From Escherichia phage FP43: a stretch of DNA of 64,000 nt. The stretch is taken from sequence record MN648445; one strand, given 5' to 3'. The position numbers and the translations under genes are program-made. Below, piece by piece: positions 11,103 through 20,502 of this stretch. The notes under the pieces are model-generated. The model saw nothing but the letters and a program-made list of their open reading frames with translations. It ran no database searches and was not told the origin of the DNA. Numbering within the stretch: position 1 is the first letter of the stretch; every line of letters starts with the position of its first letter.

Positions 11103-11837
11103 ATGGAGCTAATCTTTTTAAGTGGCATCAAACGTAGTGGTAAAGACACTACTGCTGATTACATCAATTCAAACTTTAAATCCGTAAAATACCAATTAGC
11201 ATATCCAATTAAAGACGCTCTAGCAATAGCCTGGGGACGTAGGCATGCTGAAAATCCTGATGTATTCACAGAGTTGAAATACGAATACTTTGAAGGCATT
11301 GGATACGACCGTGAAACACCATTAAATCTCAATAAGTTGGATGTTATTGAATTATTGGAAGAAGCGCTAATTTATTTGCAAAGTCAATATTTACCGATTA
11401 ATAATGTTAAAGTATTATCATCGTTAGAAGGTGGATATTCATATCTAGATATTAAACCATATGAAGCCCTGCGTGAAGCTATAAATAATATCAACGACAC
11501 ATGGTCAATCCGCCGTCTTATGCAAGCCCTCGGTACGGATGTTGTCGTTAATTTATTTGACCGTATGTATTGGGTTAAGCTTTTTGCATTAAACTATATG
11601 GATTATATTGGAAGTGATTTCGATTACTATGTTGTAACAGATACACGTCAAGTCCATGAAATGGAAACCGCTAGAGCGATGGGTGCTACAGTTATTCATG
11701 TGGTTCGCTCTGGTACGGAATCCACCGATAAACATATTACAGAAGCTGGGTTGCCTATTGAAGAAGGCGATTTAGTTATTACAAACGACGGCTCTTTAGA
11801 AGAGCTTTATTCTAAAATTGAAACAATCTTAAGGTAA
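11103..11837 (+). CDS. 1: Deoxynucleoside monophosphate kinase
   Basis: 244-aa ORF with N-terminal P-loop-like GIKRSGKDT; synteny 3-1-57A. Confidence 0.85.
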   Translation: MELIFLSGIKRSGKDTTADYINSNFKSVKYQLAYPIKDALAIAWGRRHAENPDVFTELKYEYFEGIGYDRETPLNLNKLDVIELLEEALIYLQSQYLPINNVKVLSSLEGGYSYLDIKPYEALREAINNINDTWSIRRLMQALGTDVVVNLFDRMYWVKLFALNYMDYIGSDFDYYVVTDTRQVHEMETARAMGATVIHVVRSGTESTDKHITEAGLPIEEGDLVITNDGSLEELYSKIETILR

Positions 11838-11841
11838 TAAA

Positions 11842-12527
<686 letters not shown>

Positions 12528-12539
12528 TTTCACAAAACA

Positions 12540-12576
12540 GTTTACATAAGGATGATGGTGTGTTACTATCATCCTA
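12540..12576 (+). promoter_or_regulatory. Early-type promoter (GTTTAC -35, TACTAT -10) with flanking inverted repeat
   Basis: GTTTAC 12540..12545, -10 at 12564..12569, arms AGGATGAT/ATCATCCT. Confidence 0.6.
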
Positions 12577-12603
12577 TCAAATAAATGACCTCAAGGAAAT
12601 AAA

Positions 12604-12891
12604 ATGAAAACCTATAAAGAATTTATATCACCTGTTGCTAACGTTTCTACTCTGACTGAAGCAACCCTTACTTCCGAAGTTATTAAAGCAAATAAAGGAC
12701 GTGAGGGTAAACCAATGATTAGTCTGGTTGATGGTGAAGAAGTAAAAGGTACTGTTTACTTAGGGGATGGATGGTCTGCTAAGAAAGATGGCGCTACTGT
12801 TGTTATCTCTCCGGCCGAAGAGACCGCACTGTTTAAAGCTAAGCATATTTCTGTAGCTCAGCTTAAAATTATTGCAAAAACTCTTCTGTAA
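12604..12891 (+). CDS. Internal-protein-like capsid-targeted protein
   Basis: N-terminus MKTYKEFI matches the capsid-targeting leader of T4 internal proteins; ipI position after 57B. Confidence 0.6.
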   Translation: MKTYKEFISPVANVSTLTEATLTSEVIKANKGREGKPMISLVDGEEVKGTVYLGDGWSAKKDGATVVISPAEETALFKAKHISVAQLKIIAKTLL

Positions 12892-12894
12892 GTA

Positions 12895-12933
12895 GTTTAC
12901 ATGCTGATAGGACTATGTTATAGTAGTCCTATC
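12895..12933 (+). promoter_or_regulatory. Early promoter cassette with perfect 10-bp inverted repeat around -10
   Basis: GTTTAC 12895..12900; TATAGT 12919..12924; arms GATAGGACTA (12906..12915) and TAGTCCTATC (12924..12933). Confidence 0.65.
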
Positions 12934-12959
12934 AGATCAACAACCAAACGGAAAAACAA

Positions 12960-13223
12960 ATGAAAACCTATAAAGAATTTATCGCTGAATCTCAATCTTC
13001 TACTCTGTCAGAGAACTACGAATCATTCTCTTACAACAACGACCATGCAATGTTCTACGACCGAAACATCGGTACTTACGTCCATGTATGGGGTGTTAAA
13101 GATGGTAATGTAGTTGTTAAGAAAAACTCTAAAGAAGGCAACGGACGAGGCCAGGTAAAAATTACCAGCAAGAAAGCTATCCAAGCTTACGTCGATTATG
13201 TTAAACGCGAAGCTGGTATTTAA
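12960..13223 (+). CDS. Internal-protein-like capsid-targeted protein (second copy)
   Basis: N-terminus MKTYKEFIAE; tandem with 12604..12891. Confidence 0.6.
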   Translation: MKTYKEFIAESQSSTLSENYESFSYNNDHAMFYDRNIGTYVHVWGVKDGNVVVKKNSKEGNGRGQVKITSKKAIQAYVDYVKREAGI

Positions 13224-13225
13224 TA

Positions 13226-13264
13226 GTTTACATGCCGATAGGACTATGTTATAGTAGTCCTATC
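13226..13264 (+). promoter_or_regulatory. Early promoter cassette, same family as 12895
   Basis: GTTTAC 13226..13231, TATAGT 13250..13255, GATAGGACTA/TAGTCCTATC arms. Confidence 0.65.
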
Positions 13265-13293
13265 AAAACAAAATGATTAAATGGAGAAATAAA

Positions 13294-13479
13294 ATGAAAC
13301 GCGCTGAACTGATTCGTAATGTTGCTGTAGTAATTGCTTCAATGGCTTTTAGTTTTTCGATGTTTGTAGGATTCATTTGTGGACTACTGACAACAACTGA
13401 AAATTCTATCTCATTGGTAGTAGCATTTCTAATCGGTTTAATCGCTATTGTTATGGATAAAATTGCAAAAGGTGAGTAA
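13294..13479 (+). CDS. Small hydrophobic (membrane) protein
   Basis: 61-aa ORF with two hydrophobic stretches; RBS GGAG upstream. Confidence 0.4.
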   Translation: MKRAELIRNVAVVIASMAFSFSMFVGFICGLLTTTENSISLVVAFLIGLIAIVMDKIAKGE

Positions 13480-13480
13480 A

Positions 13481-13843
13481 ATGAAATATCACGTATATGC
13501 GGATTTTGAAGCAAATCCTTCTAAAGACCCGGATTGTCGTTTATTCCGTAATCCGTTTGATTCAGCAGCTCAAGCATGGGCCTGGATTAAAACTTGTACT
13601 CCTTCTTACACTTTCTTTGAAGTGGTAGATGATAACGGTGTTTTGCATCCAGAACCTACAGAAACTATTAATTTCCTTCTGTTTGCTGGTTACGACTGTT
13701 ATCCTCTTGGCGGTATTGATGATCTTGTTGCTACAGGAAAAACTGTTGAAGCTCTTCGCGAAATTTATAAAAACGCGGAAGAAAATTTTGACTGGTATCA
13801 TATTGTTGATGCTCATACCTTTGAAGTGGTGGAACATTCATGA
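13481..13843 (+). CDS. Hypothetical protein
   Basis: 120-aa ORF from ATG 13481 with RBS; no recognised motif. Confidence 0.45.
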   Translation: MKYHVYADFEANPSKDPDCRLFRNPFDSAAQAWAWIKTCTPSYTFFEVVDDNGVLHPEPTETINFLLFAGYDCYPLGGIDDLVATGKTVEALREIYKNAEENFDWYHIVDAHTFEVVEHS

Positions 13844-14130
13844 TTCTTTATGCTAAGGTAAAATCCGTTGAGAATGGATATGAAAGCGATCAACGTGCAG
13901 CTAAAGCACTAGTTGATGACTACGGTATTCTGACCCACTTTGAAGTTGAAAAGGTTTATATTGACCGTTCATCTTCACAGGTTAAATTACTCTGGGAAGA
14001 CCGTAAATTTAATAGCGTGAACTTTGATTTCTTTATTGAAACAGAAAAAGGCCCTCTTGAATATGATATTTTCAAGAATCCTTTGAAATTACGTTGCATT
14101 GAATATAATTACATTAATATGGTACGGTGA
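13840..14130 (+). CDS. Hypothetical protein
   Basis: 96-aa ORF with start overlapping upstream stop. Confidence 0.4.
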   Translation: MILYAKVKSVENGYESDQRAAKALVDDYGILTHFEVEKVYIDRSSSQVKLLWEDRKFNSVNFDFFIETEKGPLEYDIFKNPLKLRCIEYNYINMVR

Positions 14131-14134
14131 GTAA

Positions 14135-14650
14135 ATGAATATTTGTTTAGGCAGTACAATTCCTAAGGGTTACGTAATTGATGTCACTACTTGGGAAAAT
14201 GACGGCGACAACTATAAAACCAAAACATTATTTGGTGTGGAAGAGCATGAGCTCCAACAGTTTAAATATCTCTTGAAGAAATTTAAGAGTCGTCATTCCA
14301 GCACTAAAGCCGAACGTTACTGCGGTAATACGCCATTCGGTCGTTGCTCGCTTTTAATCTATGAATACTTGGTTGAAGGACTGTTCTCAGACCAACTCCA
14401 ACCGGAATTTATTAAAAAGGTCTTTGGCATCGAAGTAGACCTTGGTGATAAATCTGAAGAAGACGAAGCCCGCGTATTCGACCTGTTCTTTGTGAAAGGC
14501 GATGAGATATCTCAAGGACTTATTGATATTCTTGGCTATGCTTCTGAATACTATGATTACGATTTCTTGCGTGTAGTTGAACGTGTCGAATTTGCTTATA
14601 TTGAAGAAGAAATTGTTTTGCCAACTGTTAAAATGATTGATTTGCTTTAA
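14135..14650 (+). CDS. Hypothetical protein
   Basis: 171-aa ORF in same orientation as flanking genes. Confidence 0.45.
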   Translation: MNICLGSTIPKGYVIDVTTWENDGDNYKTKTLFGVEEHELQQFKYLLKKFKSRHSSTKAERYCGNTPFGRCSLLIYEYLVEGLFSDQLQPEFIKKVFGIEVDLGDKSEEDEARVFDLFFVKGDEISQGLIDILGYASEYYDYDFLRVVERVEFAYIEEEIVLPTVKMIDLL

Positions 14651-14729
14651 GAATTATGTGTTATTATTAATTCATACCCTCTATTACCAAAGGTGCTCTA
14701 AAGTGCCTTTCATAATAGAAAGTTATTAA

Positions 14730-14804
14730 GGCCCTGTAGCTCAATGGGAGAGCTGTCAGCTCATAACTGATAGGTAGCTGGATCGAAACCAGCCAGGGTC
14801 ACCA
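14730..14804 (+). tRNA. tRNA with CAU anticodon (elongator Met, or Ile2 if C34 is modified)
   Basis: Hand-folded cloverleaf: acceptor GGCCCTG/CAGGGTC, D-arm GCTC/GAGC, anticodon stem GTCAG/CTGAT with loop CTCATAA, T-arm GCTGG/CCAGC, encoded CCA. Confidence 0.7.
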
Positions 14805-14807
14805 ATT

Positions 14808-14884
<77 letters not shown>

Positions 14885-14902
14885 ACTTCAAGTGAGGAAA
14901 AT

Positions 14903-15247
14903 ATGAAAGGCAATGTTTATCTGGTAGTTCATGATTTAACGTTTTATTTTAACGAACGTGAAACAGTTATTTCCGATAGGTTAATTAATTCGCTGTATCA
15001 GCATGCTGATTATGTTTATTTTCAAAATGAATTCGGACATTGGAAGTTTCTTAAAAACCGTTCTGGGTTAACTAGTTTTGAATACTTTGACCGTAAAGAC
15101 CTTTTAAACGAAATTCCATTACAACATCGGTTCCAGAAACGCGAATCATTATATTATTGCCGTCATATACCAAACGCAGAATGTGCCTATGAAGCGATTA
15201 ATCTATGGCGTCGGCGTCGAGAGCAAATTGATGATATGCCAAAATAA
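14903..15247 (+). CDS. Hypothetical protein
   Basis: 114-aa ORF from ATG 14903 with GAGGAAAA RBS directly after tRNA-Arg. Confidence 0.45.
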   Translation: MKGNVYLVVHDLTFYFNERETVISDRLINSLYQHADYVYFQNEFGHWKFLKNRSGLTSFEYFDRKDLLNEIPLQHRFQKRESLYYCRHIPNAECAYEAINLWRRRREQIDDMPK

Positions 15248-15249
15248 GA

Positions 15250-15549
15250 AGCCGGGTCGCTACCGGCAAGTCGTCGGACTGATGTTCCCTGAGTAGGGAC
15301 TGGTCTTAATAAATCTTTATGATTCGTTAATATCCCCTTACATCACAGCAGAAACGGCGCACAGAATTATCGATTCGAGGAAATATCTTTGCCGTAAGCC
15401 GAGTAGCGTTTTTGACGGGACGTTCGGATATGGTAGAGATATGGCCTTTTAAAAATATTGAGTAGCGTCAACTGCTTAATAACCGGGTTCGAATCCCGGC
15501 GTTTCGTACAAACACTTACCTAGTAGGTGGAAACCCCGACAAGGTATAT
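15250..15549 (+). ncRNA. Candidate small stable RNA(s) downstream of the tRNAs
   Basis: About 300 nt without a convincing ORF; several hairpins and a T-arm-like GGGTTCGAATCCCGG; ends at a strong terminator; T4 has small RNAs C and D in its tRNA region. Confidence 0.3.
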
Positions 15550-15579
15550 AGCCCCTTCCGAAAGGTTGGGGCTTTTTTT
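15550..15579 (+). terminator. Rho-independent terminator
   Basis: AGCCCC-loop-GGGGCT stem followed by T7. Confidence 0.75.
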
Positions 15580-15580
15580 G

Positions 15581-15588
15581 TATAAATA
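15581..15588 (+). promoter_or_regulatory. Late promoter (TATAAATA)
   Basis: Exact octamer about 35 nt upstream of the 15624 ORF. Confidence 0.6.
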
Positions 15589-15623
15589 TAGTAAACAATA
15601 AACCTACTTTCTAAGGACCATCA

Positions 15624-16250
15624 ATGTATACTTTTAATGAATTTTTAGCCGAAACGGAAGTAATCACCGAAGCCGGTGTACGTATGACAAAAGAGAAATG
15701 GCAAGCTGCTTACGATGCTATTTCTGGTACAAAAACTAGTACAGAGTTTTTCAAAAACGTTCAAGCCATGTACGGTATCGACACTTCCAGCCAAAAAGAA
15801 TATTACAGAGCTTCTAAAGCATTCAAAGATATTGTTAGTGGTGGTGTTTCTGCTAAATCTGGTTCGCCTAAAGTAAAACCTGCTCCTACCACTCCTAAAC
15901 CTGCGACCCCTAAAGCAGTAGCAAAACCTGAGCCTAAGCCGGAAGTAAAAGCAACTCCTAAAGCTCCTGCTCTTAAGTTTGATACTTCTAGCCTGGAAAA
16001 AAAATATAAACAACTATCTTCGCTTGTTCGTGATATTGAATCTGATACATCTTCACTCGTTCGTGAATTCAATAGTCTTCGTAATGGCCAACATATCAAC
16101 AACCTTGATACCCCAGACCTTTATCGTCTTTATTTGACTATCGAAGGTTTGAAGTATACTCAACCACTTCATGATGAGATTAAAGAAAAACTTCGACAAG
16201 CAGGTCGTTTGGCTGCTGACGCTGCTCAGTATGCAAAAACTCGTAAGTAA
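15624..16250 (+). CDS. Internal-protein-like protein with Pro/Lys-rich linker
   Basis: N-terminus MYTFNEFLAE resembles the capsid-targeting leader; low-complexity PKVKPAPTTPKPATPKAVAKPEPKPEVKATPKAP; late promoter upstream. Confidence 0.55.
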   Translation: MYTFNEFLAETEVITEAGVRMTKEKWQAAYDAISGTKTSTEFFKNVQAMYGIDTSSQKEYYRASKAFKDIVSGGVSAKSGSPKVKPAPTTPKPATPKAVAKPEPKPEVKATPKAPALKFDTSSLEKKYKQLSSLVRDIESDTSSLVREFNSLRNGQHINNLDTPDLYRLYLTIEGLKYTQPLHDEIKEKLRQAGRLAADAAQYAKTRK

Positions 16251-16253
16251 AGA

Positions 16254-16273
16254 ATGGGGACTTCGGTCCCCAT
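16254..16273 (+). terminator. UUCG-tetraloop hairpin at gene end (terminator or stability element; no U-tract)
   Basis: ATGGGGAC-TTCG-GTCCCCAT perfect 8-bp stem. Confidence 0.4.
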
Positions 16274-16302
16274 TAGGGGGTCTATAACTTACTGAAAAAG
16301 TT

Positions 16303-16340
16303 GTTTACTTCTTCCCTAGATGTGTTACTATAGAACCTAT
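16303..16340 (+). promoter_or_regulatory. Early-type promoter
   Basis: GTTTAC 16303..16308, spacer, TACTAT. Confidence 0.5.
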
Positions 16341-16361
16341 CAACAACATGAGGAAAATGTT

Positions 16362-16865
16362 ATGAGTCTTTACACTGAACTGAATAAAAAATCTGAAGAA
16401 TCTGCTGAAACTATTTTTAAAAACGTGCAAAAGCGTATTTTAGAAAAGATGTATAACGCTGCATCTAAAGGTGAAAAATCTTGCCAGTTTCCGATGAGGT
16501 GTTCTTCTGATTTATGCGCAAATACTATTGAATGGTTGGAAAGTGAAGGTCTTACAGTAGAGAAAAACCCGGCGACTTCTATTGACAGTGAATCATATAT
16601 TAGTATTTCTTGGGATAAATCAAGGGTAGAAGAGAAAGATGGTGATTGGGTTGTAGATGTTAAAACTTCTGATGGTGGACGTTCTGTTGAAGTTTCAGCT
16701 GTAGTTAAAGGTACCCACGAACAAAGGACTTGGGGTTGGGGTGGTGAAGAAAAAGAAATTGTTCTTAGTGTGATTGCCAGGTCAACTAGTAATAAAATTG
16801 CACAAAGCATCATTGACGCTGCAATTGCTGAAGCAGAAAAAATTTGCAAAATTAAAAATAAATGA
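16362..16865 (+). CDS. Hypothetical protein
   Basis: 167-aa ORF from ATG 16362 with GAGGAAAA RBS. Confidence 0.45.
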   Translation: MSLYTELNKKSEESAETIFKNVQKRILEKMYNAASKGEKSCQFPMRCSSDLCANTIEWLESEGLTVEKNPATSIDSESYISISWDKSRVEEKDGDWVVDVKTSDGGRSVEVSAVVKGTHEQRTWGWGGEEKEIVLSVIARSTSNKIAQSIIDAAIAEAEKICKIKNK

Positions 16866-16924
16866 TGTACAAACACCAAGGACGGTGTTACTATAGACTT
16901 ATCAACTACAGAGGAGTAAACAAA

Positions 16925-17089
16925 ATGACTACTTTAATTATTTGGTTCGATGAAAATGAAGAAACATACTGTGTGAATATTGGTGAAAGTCCAATGCCTG
17001 AATTTGAATCCTCGGATAAAAACTCTGTTGTATCTTGGGCTGAAGGTTATAAAGCAGCTAAAGGTGACGTTGAAATAATTTACATCTAA
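16925..17089 (+). CDS. Small hypothetical protein
   Basis: 54-aa ORF with GAGGAG RBS. Confidence 0.35.
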   Translation: MTTLIIWFDENEETYCVNIGESPMPEFESSDKNSVVSWAEGYKAAKGDVEIIYI

Positions 17090-17135
17090 GTAAGTTTATG
17101 TTATAGTAATCACATCAAATAAAGAGGAAAACAAA

Positions 17136-17363
17136 ATGGCTAAAGTTAGTATTGATGTAGTTGATTATGAATACACCGAAGAAGTTATTCGCAACCGACA
17201 CCCTGAAGTTCGTATCGATTCAGTCCAAGATTCCAAGTTCTGGACAACTGAGCTTAATCTGAGTGGTCCTTATGAAGCTGTTAAGAAGTTCATGGTTGAA
17301 GAATACTGTGAAGGCATGCACCCCGAAGACGCAAAGTTTTATGTCAATTTGATTAAAAAATAA
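17136..17363 (+). CDS. Hypothetical protein
   Basis: 75-aa ORF with GAGGAAAA RBS. Confidence 0.4.
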   Translation: MAKVSIDVVDYEYTEEVIRNRHPEVRIDSVQDSKFWTTELNLSGPYEAVKKFMVEEYCEGMHPEDAKFYVNLIKK

Positions 17364-17399
17364 TTTACAAACTCTTGAGAGCAGAGTATAATGCTCTCG
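17363..17399 (+). promoter_or_regulatory. Early promoter cassette (TATAAT flanked by GAGAGCA/TGCTCTC); near-identical copy at 47266
   Basis: ATTTAC -35, TATAAT 17387..17392; the 45-bp cassette recurs at 47266..47312. Confidence 0.6.
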
Positions 17400-17433
17400 T
17401 TGGATAATAAACCACCAATTGAAAGGTAATAAT

Positions 17434-18027
17434 ATGAACACATTGAAGAAACTTGTTGAATTCATCCGCACTAAACTGGGTACTGCTATGGCTAAAAATC
17501 TGACTGTAGAAGAACAGTATAACGCAGCTGCAGATAAGTTGATTACCCAAATCAAAGAACTAAAAACGGCTTCTGTTAAATCTATTAACGAAGAAAAACG
17601 TATTCGCGAACTTGTTAATGAAAAGAACAAGCAAGCCGCTTCTAAGGAACGTGAAATTCGTAAGCTCCTGGCTGAAGGACAAGATGTTACCATGCATGCT
17701 AAGCTTGGACTTCTGTATCGTCGAACTGCCGAACAACTTAATACAAAAGCTGACGGGTATGCCGCTATGCGAATTGAAATTGCTCGTAAGGTGGTTGAAC
17801 TTGACGATGCTCGTCAGAACCTGGCAATCAAACTCGAATACATTCGTGAAACTCGAGCAGCCAATGCCCTTGGTATCTCTACCGCTGACGATGTAATTGA
17901 AATCGCTGCACTGACTAAGGTTGATATCGAAGACACTCTGACTCGTGTTGAAACGTTCAATGGCACTCCAGCTGGTGTCGAAACCACTTCTGCTGATGTA
18001 CAAGAATATATTAACTCTTTGAAATAA
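17434..18027 (+). CDS. Coiled-coil protein, function unknown
   Basis: 197-aa ORF, Ala/Glu/Lys-rich heptad-like sequence. Confidence 0.45.
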   Translation: MNTLKKLVEFIRTKLGTAMAKNLTVEEQYNAAADKLITQIKELKTASVKSINEEKRIRELVNEKNKQAASKEREIRKLLAEGQDVTMHAKLGLLYRRTAEQLNTKADGYAAMRIEIARKVVELDDARQNLAIKLEYIRETRAANALGISTADDVIEIAALTKVDIEDTLTRVETFNGTPAGVETTSADVQEYINSLK

Positions 18028-18036
18028 AATAATACG

Positions 18037-18059
18037 GAGGACTCCGGTCCTCCTTTTGG
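18037..18059 (+). terminator. Rho-independent terminator
   Basis: GGAGGAC-TCCG-GTCCTCC stem followed by TTTTGG. Confidence 0.7.
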
Positions 18060-18076
18060 ATAATAAAGGAGTTAAC

Positions 18077-18679
18077 ATGCGAAACCAAAATAATGATATT
18101 GACTCAATGTTCGAAGAGTTCCGAGATAAGGTAAATCCACCTACGTCTTTAGTTGATTCATTACGATATGTTGCAACCGGACGTAAATGGTACTGGTCGT
18201 CTTCTTATGAGACCACCGAGAAAACGGCTAGCCATAGCAGAAAATCTTTATTAGCCCCAGGTATTATGATTCATGATATCGGAGCTATTGCTAAACTAGT
18301 TGCAGACCATGATATTAGATTCACTGATTTCGTTGCTCCTACGTGGTCTGTTTGTTGTTTAAACACTGAATGGGAATATATCAGCGAACGCTCTGAAGAT
18401 TATTATGGTTTTAGAGATAAGCTTCTGAGGTCTAATATGTTTTATATCGATACAGAAGTTCTAGTCGATAATAAAAAATATTACTTTACGTTAATCATCG
18501 ATTCTGAAACTATGTATGAAGGCAAGCCTTTGCTTAAAAGAGTTGATGCTTTAAGTGCTATTGATGCGCTTTATGAAACTATGGTTGTTAGTCCTAATTT
18601 CACTAACAATTTAATCCTTGAGCAATTTATTATGGAATGTAGAGAATATGTCAAAGCCAACCCTATACATGCCAAGTAA
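18077..18679 (+). CDS. Hypothetical protein with EQFIMECR motif near C-terminus
   Basis: About 200 aa from ATG 18077 with AAAGGAG RBS. Confidence 0.45.
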   Translation: MRNQNNDIDSMFEEFRDKVNPPTSLVDSLRYVATGRKWYWSSSYETTEKTASHSRKSLLAPGIMIHDIGAIAKLVADHDIRFTDFVAPTWSVCCLNTEWEYISERSEDYYGFRDKLLRSNMFYIDTEVLVDNKKYYFTLIIDSETMYEGKPLLKRVDALSAIDALYETMVVSPNFTNNLILEQFIMECREYVKANPIHAK

Positions 18680-19043
18680 GCCCTGGGCGTATGAATACAA
18701 GCGTAAATTAATCCCAAATGAAGTACTATTTGGCCCTATTTTAGCTTTAGCATTTTTAATCTTTATGATTATAGGAGCTGTTTTAGATTCTAGTGAAGTT
18801 ATATCGTCTGATGCAGCATTTTCATTAATGTTCGTCGCACCACTTATTGTACCGTTTTTATTAATGCCTATTAATTGGGTGGGATATTGGCACCAAGGCC
18901 GTCATCACAGAGCCCGATTAAGAGAATGGAAAGTTCAGTGCGCAAAAGCCCAAGCTCAGTATGATGAAGCTGTTAAAAAGTATGAATATGAAGAAGCTAT
19001 GGAATTCGTTAAGGAAATAAGATGCAAAAGCCTCAACTCTTAA
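18648..19043 (+). CDS. Membrane protein (start uncertain)
   Basis: Two hydrophobic helices (ILALAFLIFMIIGAVL, LMFVAPLIVPFLLMPI). Confidence 0.4.
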   Translation: MSKPTLYMPSKPWAYEYKRKLIPNEVLFGPILALAFLIFMIIGAVLDSSEVISSDAAFSLMFVAPLIVPFLLMPINWVGYWHQGRHHRARLREWKVQCAKAQAQYDEAVKKYEYEEAMEFVKEIRCKSLNS

Positions 19044-19381
19044 CCGTATGGCCTTCTCTTGGTGAGAACATTCTAATTTTTATTATGAGTATTGGCATGG
19101 GATTTGCCTTTGGATTAGTTGGATTTCTTATTGACGGCGTTGTGTTAGGATTTATAGGGAACACTGGTGGATTCACAGACCAATGGCAGGACTTACGGTA
19201 TACCCAAGCCTTTGCATCCATCGCATCATTTTGTACTGTAGTCTATTTTTACTACGATTTTATAAACCACAACAAGAAAAATAAAAAGGTTTACGCTTCT
19301 CAAATGATTAGTTATAATGAACTCCTAGCTAGACGTGAAAATGAAACAATCGAAAACTTTATTAAGGAATGTAGAAAATGA
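19022..19381 (+). CDS. Membrane protein, C-terminal NFIKECR motif
   Basis: 119 aa, hydrophobic N-terminal half, C-terminus ...NETIENFIKECRK. Confidence 0.45.
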   Translation: MQKPQLLTVWPSLGENILIFIMSIGMGFAFGLVGFLIDGVVLGFIGNTGGFTDQWQDLRYTQAFASIASFCTVVYFYYDFINHNKKNKKVYASQMISYNELLARRENETIENFIKECRK

Positions 19382-19683
19382 GTAAGATTATTGAAATTAA
19401 AGTACCAGAGTTTAATGATGCCAAATCCGCTTCAGATGCAATTTATAAACTTCTGAATCAAGCTGAACGTATCGAAGAAGAAGCAACAAAGATCGCAGAC
19501 CAATATGCCGTATCATTTTCTGTAGGTGATTATGGTAGCGGTCGTACTTATTATCCTAAGGGTGAAATCGTATCCCAGTGGATGAAAGATGAAATTGAAA
19601 ATAATGGCGGCGATGTTAAGCGTGAAGGTAATGGATACGTTATTACTGAAGGTGCTTGGGTTTCGTCTTCTGCGTTGTGCTAA
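19378..19683 (+). CDS. Small protein, WVSSS-Cys C-terminal family, copy 1
   Basis: 101 aa ending ...GAWVSSSALC. Confidence 0.5.
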   Translation: MSKIIEIKVPEFNDAKSASDAIYKLLNQAERIEEEATKIADQYAVSFSVGDYGSGRTYYPKGEIVSQWMKDEIENNGGDVKREGNGYVITEGAWVSSSALC

Positions 19684-19692
19684 GGAATCATT

Positions 19693-19965
19693 ATGTCTAA
19701 AGAACAAACCGAACTGGCTGAAGCTGTAGCAAAAATCTATGCCGCTATTGAGGCTGCCAAAGAAATTGCTGATAAACAAAACACAACATTCAACTTGTAC
19801 CCAGCTTATGGTATGGGTGGAACCTATCATTCACCCGGACATCTTAAAGCCGATCTTGAACGTTGTACAAAAAACGGTTATGCCGAATGGGCTGACGTTT
19901 ACCAATACGACTACAACCTGAGCCTCGAAACTGGTGGTTGGGTCGCATCTTCTCACACTTGCTAA
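19693..19965 (+). CDS. Small protein, WVSSS-Cys C-terminal family, copy 2
   Basis: 90 aa ending ...GGWVASSHTC. Confidence 0.5.
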   Translation: MSKEQTELAEAVAKIYAAIEAAKEIADKQNTTFNLYPAYGMGGTYHSPGHLKADLERCTKNGYAEWADVYQYDYNLSLETGGWVASSHTC

Positions 19966-19974
19966 GGAAACAAT

Positions 19975-20172
19975 ATGTCTCGTGAATTAGATTGTGCTGT
20001 ACGTACGGCAGTAGCTGCTCTGGAAAACCTGTTCCAAATTGCAACAGAAGAACGCGAAGAAGTTACATTATGGATTGAAGATAACGCAGGTCTGAATCTC
20101 CAGGACGCGATCTCATTATCCCACAATAGTATCACTGTTCAAGGCTGGGTATCATCTAGTTATTCTTGCTAA
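19975..20172 (+). CDS. Small protein, WVSSS-Cys C-terminal family, copy 3
   Basis: 65 aa ending ...QGWVSSSYSC. Confidence 0.5.
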   Translation: MSRELDCAVRTAVAALENLFQIATEEREEVTLWIEDNAGLNLQDAISLSHNSITVQGWVSSSYSC

Positions 20173-20176
20173 AACA

Positions 20177-20214
20177 GTTTACAACAAGATAGGGCTATGT
20201 TATAGTAGTCCTAT
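20177..20214 (+). promoter_or_regulatory. Early promoter cassette (GATAGG.CTA / TAGTCCTATC family)
   Basis: GTTTAC 20177..20182, TATAGT 20201..20206. Confidence 0.6.
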
Positions 20215-20234
20215 CAAAACAAATGGAGTCCACA

Positions 20235-20474
20235 ATGATTTATTACGAAAGTATCGGAACCAAAGTGGTTGGTAAAACCATTACTCGTGAAAAGTTTGCA
20301 AAGATATTCGATATGCGTTATAAAAAATCTGAACACAAAGGCATCCGATTCGAAGATGCGCACTGTACAATTTGCCCTTATAATGAAGACATAAACGGTA
20401 CAATCGTTCCATTGGTAGAGGCTTCACATGATGACCTCTGGGATGAATATAATATCGCATGTCGTGAAATTTAA
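20235..20474 (+). CDS. Hypothetical protein
   Basis: 79-aa ORF from ATG 20235 with GGAG RBS. Confidence 0.4.
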   Translation: MIYYESIGTKVVGKTITREKFAKIFDMRYKKSEHKGIRFEDAHCTICPYNEDINGTIVPLVEASHDDLWDEYNIACREI

Positions 20475-20502
20475 GTTAATGAATTAATCCGAGGAAAATA
20501 TT

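Noticed and set aside
15250-15549. A third canonical tRNA downstream of tRNA-Arg
   Set aside because: A T-arm-like GGGTTCGAATCCCGG is present but I could not assemble acceptor, D and anticodon arms into a cloverleaf; kept only as an ncRNA candidate.
15645-16102. Minus-strand ORFs 15645..16013 and 15803..16102 rich in Arg/Phe/Cys or Gly/Leu
   Set aside because: They are antisense to the leader-bearing gene 15624..16250 and are low-complexity mirror images of its Pro/Lys-rich linker.
17419-18027. Coiled-coil protein as a PspA/IM30 homologue
   Set aside because: Only general heptad character is shared; no specific conserved block was recognisable, so it is left as a hypothetical coiled-coil protein.
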